Below are positions 1 through 8,282 of a DNA stretch of 53,155 bases, one piece after another (positions within the stretch are counted from its first letter, which is position 1; each line of letters starts with the position of its first letter). The position numbers were made by a program, and so were the translations under genes. Source of the DNA: Candidatus Thorarchaeota archaeon (GTDB taxonomy: Archaea; Asgardarchaeota; Thorarchaeia; Thorarchaeales; Thorarchaeaceae); NCBI GenBank assembly GCA_029858305.1, contig JAOUFI010000010.1, positions 1-53,155 of the forward strand. The letters are read 5' to 3'. The notes under the pieces were generated by a model. That model ran no database searches. It was not told the origin of the DNA and saw nothing but the letters and a program-made list of their open reading frames with translations.

Positions 1-62
1 GTTTTTCCATGGTCGATATGGCCCATTAGACCAACATGAACAGGAATTAGTGAGTCCATCAT
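1..62 (-). CDS. selB: Selenocysteine-specific elongation factor SelB, 5' end only (runs off the window)
   Basis: The reverse complement of 1-62 reads MMDSLIPVHVGLMGHIDHGK(T). This translational-GTPase G1 context resembles archaeal SelB (xVGLxGHIDHGKT) more than EF-1a or aIF2g. Not in the ORF track; only about 20 codons are visible. Confidence 0.72.
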   Translation of the reverse strand, partial: MMDSLIPVHVGLMGHIDHGK

Positions 63-160
63 ATCTCTCTGCAAATCATTGCGAGAAGAGAACATAAAAC
101 CTTGGTCACTTCCCATTAGAATTAGAGTAGTTTATGTGGCGGATTGCAGGAGTGATAGAT

Positions 161-571
161 ATGGTGTCTAGGTCTCTTGAGAAGATGATGTTGATAGCAG
201 TTGGGCTTTCAACTGCAGTCATTATTGGCGTTCCTGTTCTGCTCTATGCCATCAACACAATGACCTATTCTACGCATCTTCAAGATGCACAGAGTGCCGC
301 AGAGGCGATTTTCACAGCTACTAATAGGATAGATAGTGGTGAACTCCAGAACTTGACTATCCAAATCCATATTCCAACGGGAGTCACAATGACAGTGAAT
401 GGAAATGTACTAACGATTACCGTGCTTATAGATGGTCAACAGACAGGATGGTCTGAGAGCTATGACCATCAACTATCAATTAGTCCTCCCACCGAGTCAG
501 GCAATTACAACATGATATTTACTCTGGTTTCCAATGTGATTCAAATTACGCACTCGTGGATTTCGCTTTAG
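161..571 (+). CDS. Pilin-like / single N-terminal TM exported protein
   Basis: GGAGTGA SD before ATG 161; N-terminus MVSRSLE followed by a hydrophobic helix, then a beta-rich Ser/Thr/Asn-rich domain. Confidence 0.5.
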   Translation: MVSRSLEKMMLIAVGLSTAVIIGVPVLLYAINTMTYSTHLQDAQSAAEAIFTATNRIDSGELQNLTIQIHIPTGVTMTVNGNVLTITVLIDGQQTGWSESYDHQLSISPPTESGNYNMIFTLVSNVIQITHSWISL

Positions 572-676
572 TCACCCATTATTCACGAACTACAATGTCG
601 CTTTCAATTCAGCATAACGTTTTTAATCAGGGCACAAGTTGTCGCCGATAACTGCACCTAGGCGAGGAATGAATCC

Positions 677-1735
677 ATGGCTGAAGACGCCGAGAGGCTA
701 GAAGAAACGGGCGAGGAAGAGGAACTTCCTGAGTCAGTAGAAACGGTTGAAAAACCGGATATTAGTGAGAAGAAGGAAAGGAAGCCCAGAAGTAATCCGC
801 TCGGAATGATCTTCAATCTCCGAATGCTTCGTAGGGTTGTTCAGATAGTCTTTCTCCTAGGTATCAATGCCTACATATTCACAGCATGGTTTGGTGCAGA
901 GTATATCACGGCTTTCTGGACATCTATCAGGGATATTTTCCCCAGCATCCCAATCCTTTCTCCGTTGGAGGCTCCATTTGCAGTTATCTCAGGTTCGTTT
1001 GATACAATGCAAAGAACCTTCACATCAGGATTCTTCCCATTCTTCACAATTGGTTCGATGATTATAATCCTGATTTTTGTTGGTAGAGCGCCTTGTGGAT
1101 GGATCTGTCCATTAGGGACTATTCAGGACTTTGTAACATTGCCAAAACGAACAAAGGTCCGACCAGCACCAGGAACCGAGATTGAGCTAAGAAAATTCAA
1201 GTTCTACATTTTTGTTATTACAGCAGGACTTGCGGTCTGGCTGGGAGTCAGTGTGACGATGGGTAGTGAGGCAACACTTGAGGCAATTCTTGGTATATTC
1301 GCAACTGATGCCTTTGCACCTCTAAATCCAGCATACATTCTGTTCAAGATATTGCCTGATCTTCAGAGTGCCGGTCTTTGGCCAACTAGTATAGGCACAC
1401 TTTGGTACATCACTCAATGGGGTTTTGCACTTTTGCAACTAGCCTTCGTGATCTTTGTGTTCTTTCTTTCCATATGGGTGCCAAGATGGTTCTGTAGATG
1501 GCTTTGTCCAGCGGGATGGTTGTACAGTGTCTTTTCAAGAGAGGCATTAATTGGAATTGGCAGAAATCCAGCACGTTGCACTCCCGATACATGCAATGTC
1601 TGCGAAGTAGTCTGTCCAATGAATATTCGAATCAGGAAATATCCATACCAACATATGCATAGTCCAGATTGTATCATGTGCTTAGATTGCAAGAGTCATT
1701 GCCCGAACGATGCAATAATAATTCGATTCTCATAG
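677..1735 (+). CDS. NapH/MauN-type membrane-bound polyferredoxin (4Fe-4S binding protein)
   Basis: Multiple TM helices, CGWICP and CRWLCP motifs, C-terminal CxxCxxxCP and CxxCxxCxxxCP clusters; acidic N-terminal extension. Confidence 0.88.
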   Translation: MAEDAERLEETGEEEELPESVETVEKPDISEKKERKPRSNPLGMIFNLRMLRRVVQIVFLLGINAYIFTAWFGAEYITAFWTSIRDIFPSIPILSPLEAPFAVISGSFDTMQRTFTSGFFPFFTIGSMIIILIFVGRAPCGWICPLGTIQDFVTLPKRTKVRPAPGTEIELRKFKFYIFVITAGLAVWLGVSVTMGSEATLEAILGIFATDAFAPLNPAYILFKILPDLQSAGLWPTSIGTLWYITQWGFALLQLAFVIFVFFLSIWVPRWFCRWLCPAGWLYSVFSREALIGIGRNPARCTPDTCNVCEVVCPMNIRIRKYPYQHMHSPDCIMCLDCKSHCPNDAIIIRFS

Positions 1736-2089
1736 ATTGAGTGAACCAGTCTTATTCAAGACATCCTCAAAAGCTTCGCGTAGTTCAGAATAGGCTTTTA
1801 TAAACTTCAATCCCTGTTCAGTCACTCTGGCACCACCCCCGCCTACTTTTCCACCCTTGTAGGTTTCTATGAGCCGAGTGCCTAGCTTCTTCTCGATTTT
1901 TCTGATTACGCCCCAAGCATAGCGATATGACATATGGAGCTTTTCCGCGCCCTTAGTCAATGTACCCTCTTCAAGGACAGCAATTAGAATTGCACATGCC
2001 CCAGGACCAAAAATATACTCACCGTCTATTTCAAACCATAATTTGTAATTTGGCTTCAGACCATATTCAGTACCTTTCTTTGTGGGCAT
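1730..2089 (-). CDS. ModE-family winged-helix transcriptional regulator (N-terminal ModE domain only)
   Basis: KLWFE..FGPG..ILIAV.E.GTL.KGAE.L.MSYRYAW..I...GGKVGGGA is the typical ModE N-domain pattern; start placed at MPTKK. Confidence 0.85.
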   Translation of the reverse strand: MPTKKGTEYGLKPNYKLWFEIDGEYIFGPGACAILIAVLEEGTLTKGAEKLHMSYRYAWGVIRKIEKKLGTRLIETYKGGKVGGGGARVTEQGLKFIKAYSELREAFEDVLNKTGSLNL

Positions 2090-2144
2090 TTCACCACACT
2101 CCAGCCAAGTCACAATTTCTGTCTTTATGGCCAAAGATGTTGAT

Positions 2145-2369
2145 TTAATGACCCCAGCGGAGTCGCTCGGGTTTTGTTTCTTTCTTGAACGCCTTCTTCA
2201 CTATTTTCCAGTGATCCGCGCAAACATAGATTTTTCTTGCTCGAGCATCCTTTACCTTAAGACCTGAGTTGGTAATGCTTTCCATGATTCTCACAGTTGC
2301 AAATGATCGCTTCGATTCCTTTCTGCAACCGACAATACTGCATTCCTTTGTAGACGACACCTGAGACAC
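2145..2369 (-). CDS. Small basic putative zinc-binding protein
   Basis: CSIVGC...YVCADHWK pattern (C-x4-C...C-x2-H); GTG start near 2369/2360 avoids overlap with the upstream gene. Confidence 0.65.
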   Translation of the reverse strand: MSQVSSTKECSIVGCRKESKRSFATVRIMESITNSGLKVKDARARKIYVCADHWKIVKKAFKKETKPERLRWGH

Positions 2370-2415
2370 TTCGATAGTCAACGAGTAGTGAGACAATATA
2401 ACGCTAACGCAGGTG

Positions 2416-3408
2416 TCATTCGTGGTCATTCTTTGGAGTGAGCACAGGTCCTTTAGTAAAATCAAAGACTATGCGTTCCTCTCCATCAAGAGCTAGCTTG
2501 ATTTCTTTTGAATTATCAACAGCTCCAATTATACATGGGAACAGAGAATGATCTCTGGCTACATGTTCTAGCTTCGAGTAATTCTCTTTTGATGTAGCGA
2601 CCAGAAAACCTAGAGAGATGTACATTCTGAGCCAGTCCTCTAACGGGATTTCTGATGGTCTTGACTTTTCGACCTCATCCAAGAAGAGAATACCACCCAT
2701 CCCAGAGTACTCCAGCATCATGACGGCGGTTCCAACAATACCAGCCACAGACACATCTTTTGATGCTGTGAGAAGGTGCTGTTCAGCAAGAATGTTCATG
2801 ACTGACAATCGTTGTACAATCTCATCAGAGGGGCGGTCAGTTACCGAGTCCCAACCAAGAGTGTAATGTGCACCTCTCTGACCTTCTGGATCAAAAAGAA
2901 GGACAAGAATATTGTTAGCCAGAGCCCCGCCAGCAGTGAGCAGGTCATCTTTCTGTACAGTACCTGTAGCAGATCCTACAACATAAGTCGATGATGAACG
3001 AGGATTGGTATGCCCTCGCACAATAGGAATCTTGAAAGTATGTGAGCCAGCTATCAGTCCATCGAGCATTGCGCTTCCAATCTCAGGGTCAGAGTAGGAT
3101 AATGCAACCGCAAAGGAAGTTGGAGTGCCACCAGCTGCATAGATATCCATGATATTTGCAAGTACTGCATTAAATCCGGCAGCTCTAGGGTGAAGAAGAC
3201 ATAAGTCCTCCACGATAGCGTCTGTTGTAAGAAGGACAACGTCATTAGAATTTGTCAAGATAGCAGCAGAATCCTCTCCAAGACTATGGGGTGTATCTCC
3301 CTTGAAGGAACTCATTCGTAACTTGTCAATAATAGATGGAAGAACAAACTTGCGCGAGATACCATCAAAGTTGAGTAGTAAATCAATAATGTCATCAAGG
3401 CGTGTCAA
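2416..3408 (-). CDS. AIR synthase/PurM-superfamily protein (methanogenesis marker 2 / sll0787-like)
   Basis: GEDSAAI, TTD, ANIMDIYAAGG, GHT and KDVSVAG motifs. Confidence 0.8.
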   Translation of the reverse strand: MTRLDDIIDLLLNFDGISRKFVLPSIIDKLRMSSFKGDTPHSLGEDSAAILTNSNDVVLLTTDAIVEDLCLLHPRAAGFNAVLANIMDIYAAGGTPTSFAVALSYSDPEIGSAMLDGLIAGSHTFKIPIVRGHTNPRSSSTYVVGSATGTVQKDDLLTAGGALANNILVLLFDPEGQRGAHYTLGWDSVTDRPSDEIVQRLSVMNILAEQHLLTASKDVSVAGIVGTAVMMLEYSGMGGILFLDEVEKSRPSEIPLEDWLRMYISLGFLVATSKENYSKLEHVARDHSLFPCIIGAVDNSKEIKLALDGEERIVFDFTKGPVLTPKNDHE

Positions 3409-3438
3409 GGGAAGTCACTCCGTGTGCATCCCTTTCCT

Positions 3439-3564
3439 CTAAGGCCAAGTCAGAAAATCAATTGCGAAAGCCATTTGTCCTAACAAAATGCCAATACCAA
3501 GAAATGTTATTCCAATCATGAAGTAGATGAGCGCTCTCATCTCGGGACGGATTTCTTCGAACAC
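3439..3564 (-). CDS. 41-aa single-pass membrane microprotein
   Basis: Own translation: MFEEIRPEMRALIYFMIGITFLGIGILLGQMAFAIDFLTWP*. GTG start with AAGGTGA SD upstream; fills the gap in a co-oriented cluster. Confidence 0.65.
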   Translation of the reverse strand: MFEEIRPEMRALIYFMIGITFLGIGILLGQMAFAIDFLTWP

Positions 3565-3648
3565 TACGATTCACCTTCGCGTAACTACGAGGGACTTTGT
3601 GTTGCTTATAGACATTACGGGCCAAAGACGAATTATCGTCTTTGGACT

Positions 3649-3951
3649 TCATACTTTGTTTCTTAGTTTCTTTGCAATATCCTTCGGAATAGCGTCGGGG
3701 TATTCGTCATCAGGACCCATATCAATCACTGGGCTTACCTTTTGTGCTGGAGGTTTGCATTTTCCATCATCTGTCATTCTGCGTTCTACGCACTTAGAGA
3801 ACTGGCACCATGCACCGTCACATTCCTCATCGATCCATGTGCACCATACCGTTTTCTTATTCCCTTTCTGTATAATCTTAAAGGCGAGAGGCCTTTTCTC
3901 ACATTTAAAGTTCTTACAGAGTGCATTGCATTCCACATAACTTGTTGCCAT
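3649..3951 (-). CDS. Cys-rich hypothetical protein
   Basis: 8 Cys (CNALCKNFKC...WCTWIDEECDGAWCQFSKC...GKC); co-oriented with its neighbours. Confidence 0.7.
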   Translation of the reverse strand: MATSYVECNALCKNFKCEKRPLAFKIIQKGNKKTVWCTWIDEECDGAWCQFSKCVERRMTDDGKCKPPAQKVSPVIDMGPDDEYPDAIPKDIAKKLRNKV

Positions 3952-3986
3952 AACAATTCGCTCCAAGATCATGTTTCTTTGATATT

Positions 3987-4799
3987 TCATCTTTTCTTAG
4001 TCAGTTCTAATAGTTCATCTAGCCTTTCTTGGCCGCCTTCAATAATACGAATTCCGCGTTCCATCCTTGCCTTTGAAGATTCATACTTTTCTCTCGAGAT
4101 GTCACCGATCTTGAATTTGGCATCAAGTCGATTCATATCTTTCCGAAGAGCCTTCAAAGTATTCTTGATCCCTTTAGACCACTTTTGGCCTATCTTGATG
4201 GCGTCCTTGAGACTTGTCCGGAGTTCCTTGATAGTCTGAAGTATTTCTTTTCGTTGCTCCTCATACACATCTTTGTCAAGGGTTCCTGCAATTCCTTCAA
4301 GCTTTGATAACCGTGCTTCGTTCTTATCAAGGGCTTCCAAGATAGTCTCGAGAGCAAGTTTTTCTTTCACTGAGGTCAGTTCCCGTCGCCGTTGCTTGGC
4401 TCGTTCAAATTCCTCACGGAGAACTTCTGTACGTGCTGTTAATATCGCTTTGTCAGCCTGTCGGAGCTGCAGAGCCTGACGAGTTGCTTTGGTCTGTTCG
4501 ATGATTCGATCCAACTCATCATCAAGTACAACAAGTTCAGCACCGGACAGAAGAACAACAGCAGCATCAAAGGGCATGTCCTGAATCACCACATCAAAGT
4601 GAGGAAGTGATATCGGTTCAGAAGGAGTGTCCTCCTTGGGGATTTCTACAACCTCGGTGGTGTGATTTGCGGGGAGGTCCTCCGACTCGGGTACGTTTCT
4701 AGAGTCTCCGGGATGGAGTTCTTTTCCGCAGAGGTTGCAGTATTTCCCATCAGGAACTTCATGACCACAAAATGGACATTCAATAAGTGGTTTTGGCAT
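3987..4799 (-). CDS. Zinc-ribbon plus coiled-coil protein (CdvA-like helical region possible)
   Basis: N-terminal CPFCG..YCNLCG, acidic linker, long heptad-rich helices with two 'G.I/L....Y' turns (GTLDKDVY, GDISREKY). Confidence 0.65.
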   Translation of the reverse strand: MPKPLIECPFCGHEVPDGKYCNLCGKELHPGDSRNVPESEDLPANHTTEVVEIPKEDTPSEPISLPHFDVVIQDMPFDAAVVLLSGAELVVLDDELDRIIEQTKATRQALQLRQADKAILTARTEVLREEFERAKQRRRELTSVKEKLALETILEALDKNEARLSKLEGIAGTLDKDVYEEQRKEILQTIKELRTSLKDAIKIGQKWSKGIKNTLKALRKDMNRLDAKFKIGDISREKYESSKARMERGIRIIEGGQERLDELLELTKKR

Positions 4800-4858
4800 T
4801 CTCCTTTTCCGTCCACATCATCAATCGGCCCACAACAGACTTCAAATCAATCGACAAT

Positions 4859-5176
4859 CTACTTTAACGTGCCTAAGCGGCTTGCTACCTCGTCGAGTTG
4901 TGCCTTAGTTGTGACGATGGTATCTGCCCCATAAGTAGGCAATACCTTCAGCTCTTCCACTAGTAGGGCAATTGCTTTGATTGGGTCGATTTCCTTCTTG
5001 TCTAAGGATCCATCGGGAAACGTGAGCGATGCTTCAACCCACTTAGCCTTAGTGTCATCAGATGGGTAGAGACAGTAAATGTAGTCTTCGTTGCTGCAGA
5101 TAAATGAGGGAGTGTTCTCCCAGGCTTCTGCTAACAGCACACCAAAAGCCTTTGCGTTTTCAGCTTTGTTAGCCAT
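4859..5176 (-). CDS. Hypothetical protein
   Basis: 105-aa ORF with GAGGATGA SD, globular composition; no recognised motif. Confidence 0.7.
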   Translation of the reverse strand: MANKAENAKAFGVLLAEAWENTPSFICSNEDYIYCLYPSDDTKAKWVEASLTFPDGSLDKKEIDPIKAIALLVEELKVLPTYGADTIVTTKAQLDEVASRLGTLK

Positions 5177-5258
5177 TAGGATTCATCCTCGGGGCTAGAT
5201 GTTATATCATTGTCCATGCCTGCGAACTTATTTGTTTTGCTCATGGATAGTTGAAGAC

Positions 5259-5825
5259 CTACGGGCGGTGCCAGATGAATGAATAATGCGCGATTTCTCC
5301 ATTTGCCTTTACTGTTGCTATGATGAATCTCTTCCTCACACTGGTCGCTAGACGGCCTGCACGGACAATATCCAAAGGTACAACTCCTTTCTTCTGTGGA
5401 ATTACATGCACTAAAAAGGGTGCATGATCGAGTCCGGGACCTTTCTCATAGACCGCAAAATCTGTCCCAAATTTCAAACCGGGACGCACAATGTACCCAC
5501 GTTCTCGTAGCTGTGCATAGACCAAGAATTGATCCTTGAAATCCTCAGACCGCTCAAGGCCGAGGGTTACAATCTCATCCAAACTCAGTACATGGTCATC
5601 TCTTGTGTCTAGTATGTGTAGTCTCTTTTCACGAGTCAGATACGCGCTTTCGAGGAGTGAGAGCTCGAGAGGCTTATCAAAGACAGAGGACTTGGGTTTT
5701 CGAATACCAACAGGCTGGCCAAAGTAGCCTTGTTCATATAGGTACATGCCATCGGTTGAATCCCATACAATTGCTCGATCACCGACCAATCTCGCGATCG
5801 CAATCCTCTGGGCGTCTTTTGTCAA
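5259..5825 (-). CDS. endA: tRNA-splicing endonuclease, catalytic subunit
   Basis: LELSLLE, LRERGY.VRPGLKFGTDFAVY, GPGLDHA and SVRK: the Tyr/His/Lys catalytic triad is intact. Confidence 0.95.
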   Translation of the reverse strand: MTKDAQRIAIARLVGDRAIVWDSTDGMYLYEQGYFGQPVGIRKPKSSVFDKPLELSLLESAYLTREKRLHILDTRDDHVLSLDEIVTLGLERSEDFKDQFLVYAQLRERGYIVRPGLKFGTDFAVYEKGPGLDHAPFLVHVIPQKKGVVPLDIVRAGRLATSVRKRFIIATVKANGEIAHYSFIWHRP

Positions 5826-5844
5826 TTCATAGCACCAGCTAGTA

Positions 5845-6516
5845 TCACATGTTCAATGTGAGAGAGAGAGTTCTAATTGTGATTGCAGCGTCCTCGCCGA
5901 AGTTAGCAATATCTTCCATCATGTTGATGAAATCGCGGAACCTTAAGAGAATTGCAAGTGGTATGCTCGCAGGGTAGAGAAGCGTGACAATTTCTCGTTG
6001 AACTACATCCACCTGTTTCTCAAGCTTACAGATATCATCCGCTCGTTTCATTGACTCATCCATATTGATGGACAAGAAGCGTACAGCCTCCCTCTGTTGT
6101 GTGATCTCCTCAATCACAAGCTCACTCATCTTGGCTATTTTCTCTTTCAACTCGCCTTCAGGATTCCAAGATCCCGCAATAGCAGCTAAATGATACATAC
6201 ACCACTCCGCACCGTCAGTTAATTTGTCATTATAATGTACGAGTCGGAGAAGATCCTCACGTTGCATCAGAGTGTTTGCTTTTGCAAGTTCAATAAGGAT
6301 TGTATGTTTTAAGTCGTCGCCTTTCTCTTCAAGATTTGCGATAGTTCTCAGGTCTTCTGCTGTAATGTTGCTCTTTCCTGCTAGCCAGTCATTTACAGCA
6401 TTATTTACCATTTTACTAGCAGATAGTGCAGCTCTGAAATGTTCTTCTAACATCTGAGTGATATTGCTTAATTCTGAGTTAAGGAATCTGTCATTATCCA
6501 ACACCATGATGCTCAC
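5845..6516 (-). CDS. DUF47 / PhoU-like phosphate transport regulator
   Basis: LEEKGDDLK...REDLL.L....DKLTD and LEKQVD...EDIANFGED two-repeat helical pattern. Confidence 0.85.
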   Translation of the reverse strand: MSIMVLDNDRFLNSELSNITQMLEEHFRAALSASKMVNNAVNDWLAGKSNITAEDLRTIANLEEKGDDLKHTILIELAKANTLMQREDLLRLVHYNDKLTDGAEWCMYHLAAIAGSWNPEGELKEKIAKMSELVIEEITQQREAVRFLSINMDESMKRADDICKLEKQVDVVQREIVTLLYPASIPLAILLRFRDFINMMEDIANFGEDAAITIRTLSLTLNM

Positions 6517-6590
6517 CCACTTCAGCTGCTGTCGGTTGGAGTATCTTTTTAATTCTTATGGACATCGCCTTTAAAGGCGGAAGTGATACT

Positions 6591-7394
6591 TTGGAACTCT
6601 GGCAGATACTAGTAGCAGTCCTACAGGGCCTCGTTGAATGGCTCCCTATCAGTAGTGAAGGGCAGGTTGTCTTCTTCATCTATAACTTTACATCCATAAG
6701 CCAAGACCAAGTCCTACCCCTTGTGGTATGGCTTCACTTGGGTACAGCGCTCGCGGTGATCGTGCGGTATCCAAGAATTATTCTCGACATCATCTCTCTA
6801 AAGGACAAAAAACTGACACGCCTGTTGTTCATCGCTACAATTGCTACTGCCATCACTGCGATACCTCTGTACATCCTTCTGGAGAACAGCATTGAGATTT
6901 TCCAGGGAGAGATACTTAACGTACTCGTTGGATCCTTGCTCATAGTAACCGCTCTTGCACTCTATCTGCCTAGCCATAAGGACAGCGGGACACAGACTGT
7001 CGAGGTGAAAGAACCGACGGACCGCGAAGCCCTCCTAACTGGGCTGGTTCAAGGTTCGTCCGTCTTACCCGGACTGAGCCGCTCAGGTGTCACAGTATCC
7101 GCGCTCCTCATGCAGAAGATTGACAGGGAAACTGCACTGAGATTTAGTTTTTTGATGAGCGTTCCTGCAGTTCTTGGAATTCTATTATTAAATCTCTTGA
7201 CAGGAAGCGGTATTCCAGCTAGCATGAGTACGCTCGACCTGATAATCGTTGAGGCCATTGTCTTTATCGTGGGTCTTGGCTCCATGGAGTTTCTACTACG
7301 TGTAGCAAGGAGAGTCAATTTCTGGAAGCTCTGCCTTCTCCTTGGACTAGTCGCCATAGTATTCGGAATTCCAGCCTTCTTCGCAATAAGCTAA
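6591..7394 (+). CDS. uppP: Undecaprenyl/polyprenyl-diphosphate phosphatase (BacA family)
   Basis: QGLVEWLPISSEG, LHLGT, PGLSRSG.T and FSFLMSVPA motifs; polytopic; TTG start after GGAAGTGA. Confidence 0.93.
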   Translation: MELWQILVAVLQGLVEWLPISSEGQVVFFIYNFTSISQDQVLPLVVWLHLGTALAVIVRYPRIILDIISLKDKKLTRLLFIATIATAITAIPLYILLENSIEIFQGEILNVLVGSLLIVTALALYLPSHKDSGTQTVEVKEPTDREALLTGLVQGSSVLPGLSRSGVTVSALLMQKIDRETALRFSFLMSVPAVLGILLLNLLTGSGIPASMSTLDLIIVEAIVFIVGLGSMEFLLRVARRVNFWKLCLLLGLVAIVFGIPAFFAIS

Positions 7395-8116
7395 GTAGAG
7401 CCTGAGCGTTTCTGGAACATGATAGCAATAGGAGCATTTGCGCTGCGCCATTCCGCAAGTTTTCCATCATAGTTTAGTGGCACTGGGTGGCGCCCGTGAT
7501 TGCCTATGATTATGAAGAGTGTATCGTCGCGTGCTTGTCTGAGGAGAACCTTGATCCAGTTGTCAGTTCTTCGCACAATCTTCTCCAGCAGGGTCTTCGG
7601 AGGTGTCCTGTGTCCATATTGAGCATATAGACTTTCAAAATCTAAAAAGTGGAGATACAGAAGTTCGCTCTTGAAGATGTGTTTTGTGGATTCAATGTAT
7701 GTAGCCATGTCATCTCGAGGGTTGACAGTATATGATGAGTCAAATCCAAAAACGGCTTGGTCACTCTCTCTACATATGACCTTTATCACTTTACCATAAT
7801 TCTTGATATGATTGATCATGTGAAATCCATTAACAGGACCTTGTAAGAGGGTCTTCATTAGAGGAATTGCGTATGGGTCCTCGGTTTCAATGAGGGCAAG
7901 TGCCTCCATGTTCTTTATGAGTGCCTCTGGCTTGTAGACAACTGCTTCAAAGAGCCCAAAGTTGTCGATGACAACCATGACCACAGCTTTAGGGCTAAAC
8001 TTACTGACAAGTTCCTGATTTGCCTGATATAGCCCTTTTGGAATCTCAAGACCGAGCAGTCTCAGGATGGTAGAGGGAAACTCCACTGCTGTGGTTCTAA
8101 TCTGTGGAAACGACAT
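7391..8116 (-). CDS. Alkaline-phosphatase-superfamily-like protein (degenerate metal ligands)
   Basis: VVMVVIDNFG, LYLHFLDFE and FIIIGNHG mirror the DG...D..H...DHG pattern of the AP/nucleotide pyrophosphatase fold. Confidence 0.55.
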   Translation of the reverse strand: MSFPQIRTTAVEFPSTILRLLGLEIPKGLYQANQELVSKFSPKAVVMVVIDNFGLFEAVVYKPEALIKNMEALALIETEDPYAIPLMKTLLQGPVNGFHMINHIKNYGKVIKVICRESDQAVFGFDSSYTVNPRDDMATYIESTKHIFKSELLYLHFLDFESLYAQYGHRTPPKTLLEKIVRRTDNWIKVLLRQARDDTLFIIIGNHGRHPVPLNYDGKLAEWRSANAPIAIMFQKRSGST

Positions 8117-8282
8117 TCCTCTTTCCTCTATATGTTACGTAAATCTGTGTTTCGACTTGTTGAATAAGTTTTGCTGACTGTCCTAGGATAGCATATACTC
8201 ACTCATTCACATTCAGGCGACCTCTTTAACCTATGGAAGCATTAATAGAGAGAGCAGAGATTCGGTTTCTTGAGGTCTTAGA

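Noticed and set aside
2416-3408. PurM-fold gene near selB as selenophosphate synthetase (SelD)
   Set aside because: It lacks the N-terminal (C/U)xxK motif and DVTGFG; the motifs fit the marker-2/sll0787-type AIR synthase-related family.
3458-3652. 64-aa ORF-track call
   Set aside because: No recognisable features; a different frame (3439-3564) has an SD and a clean TM helix.
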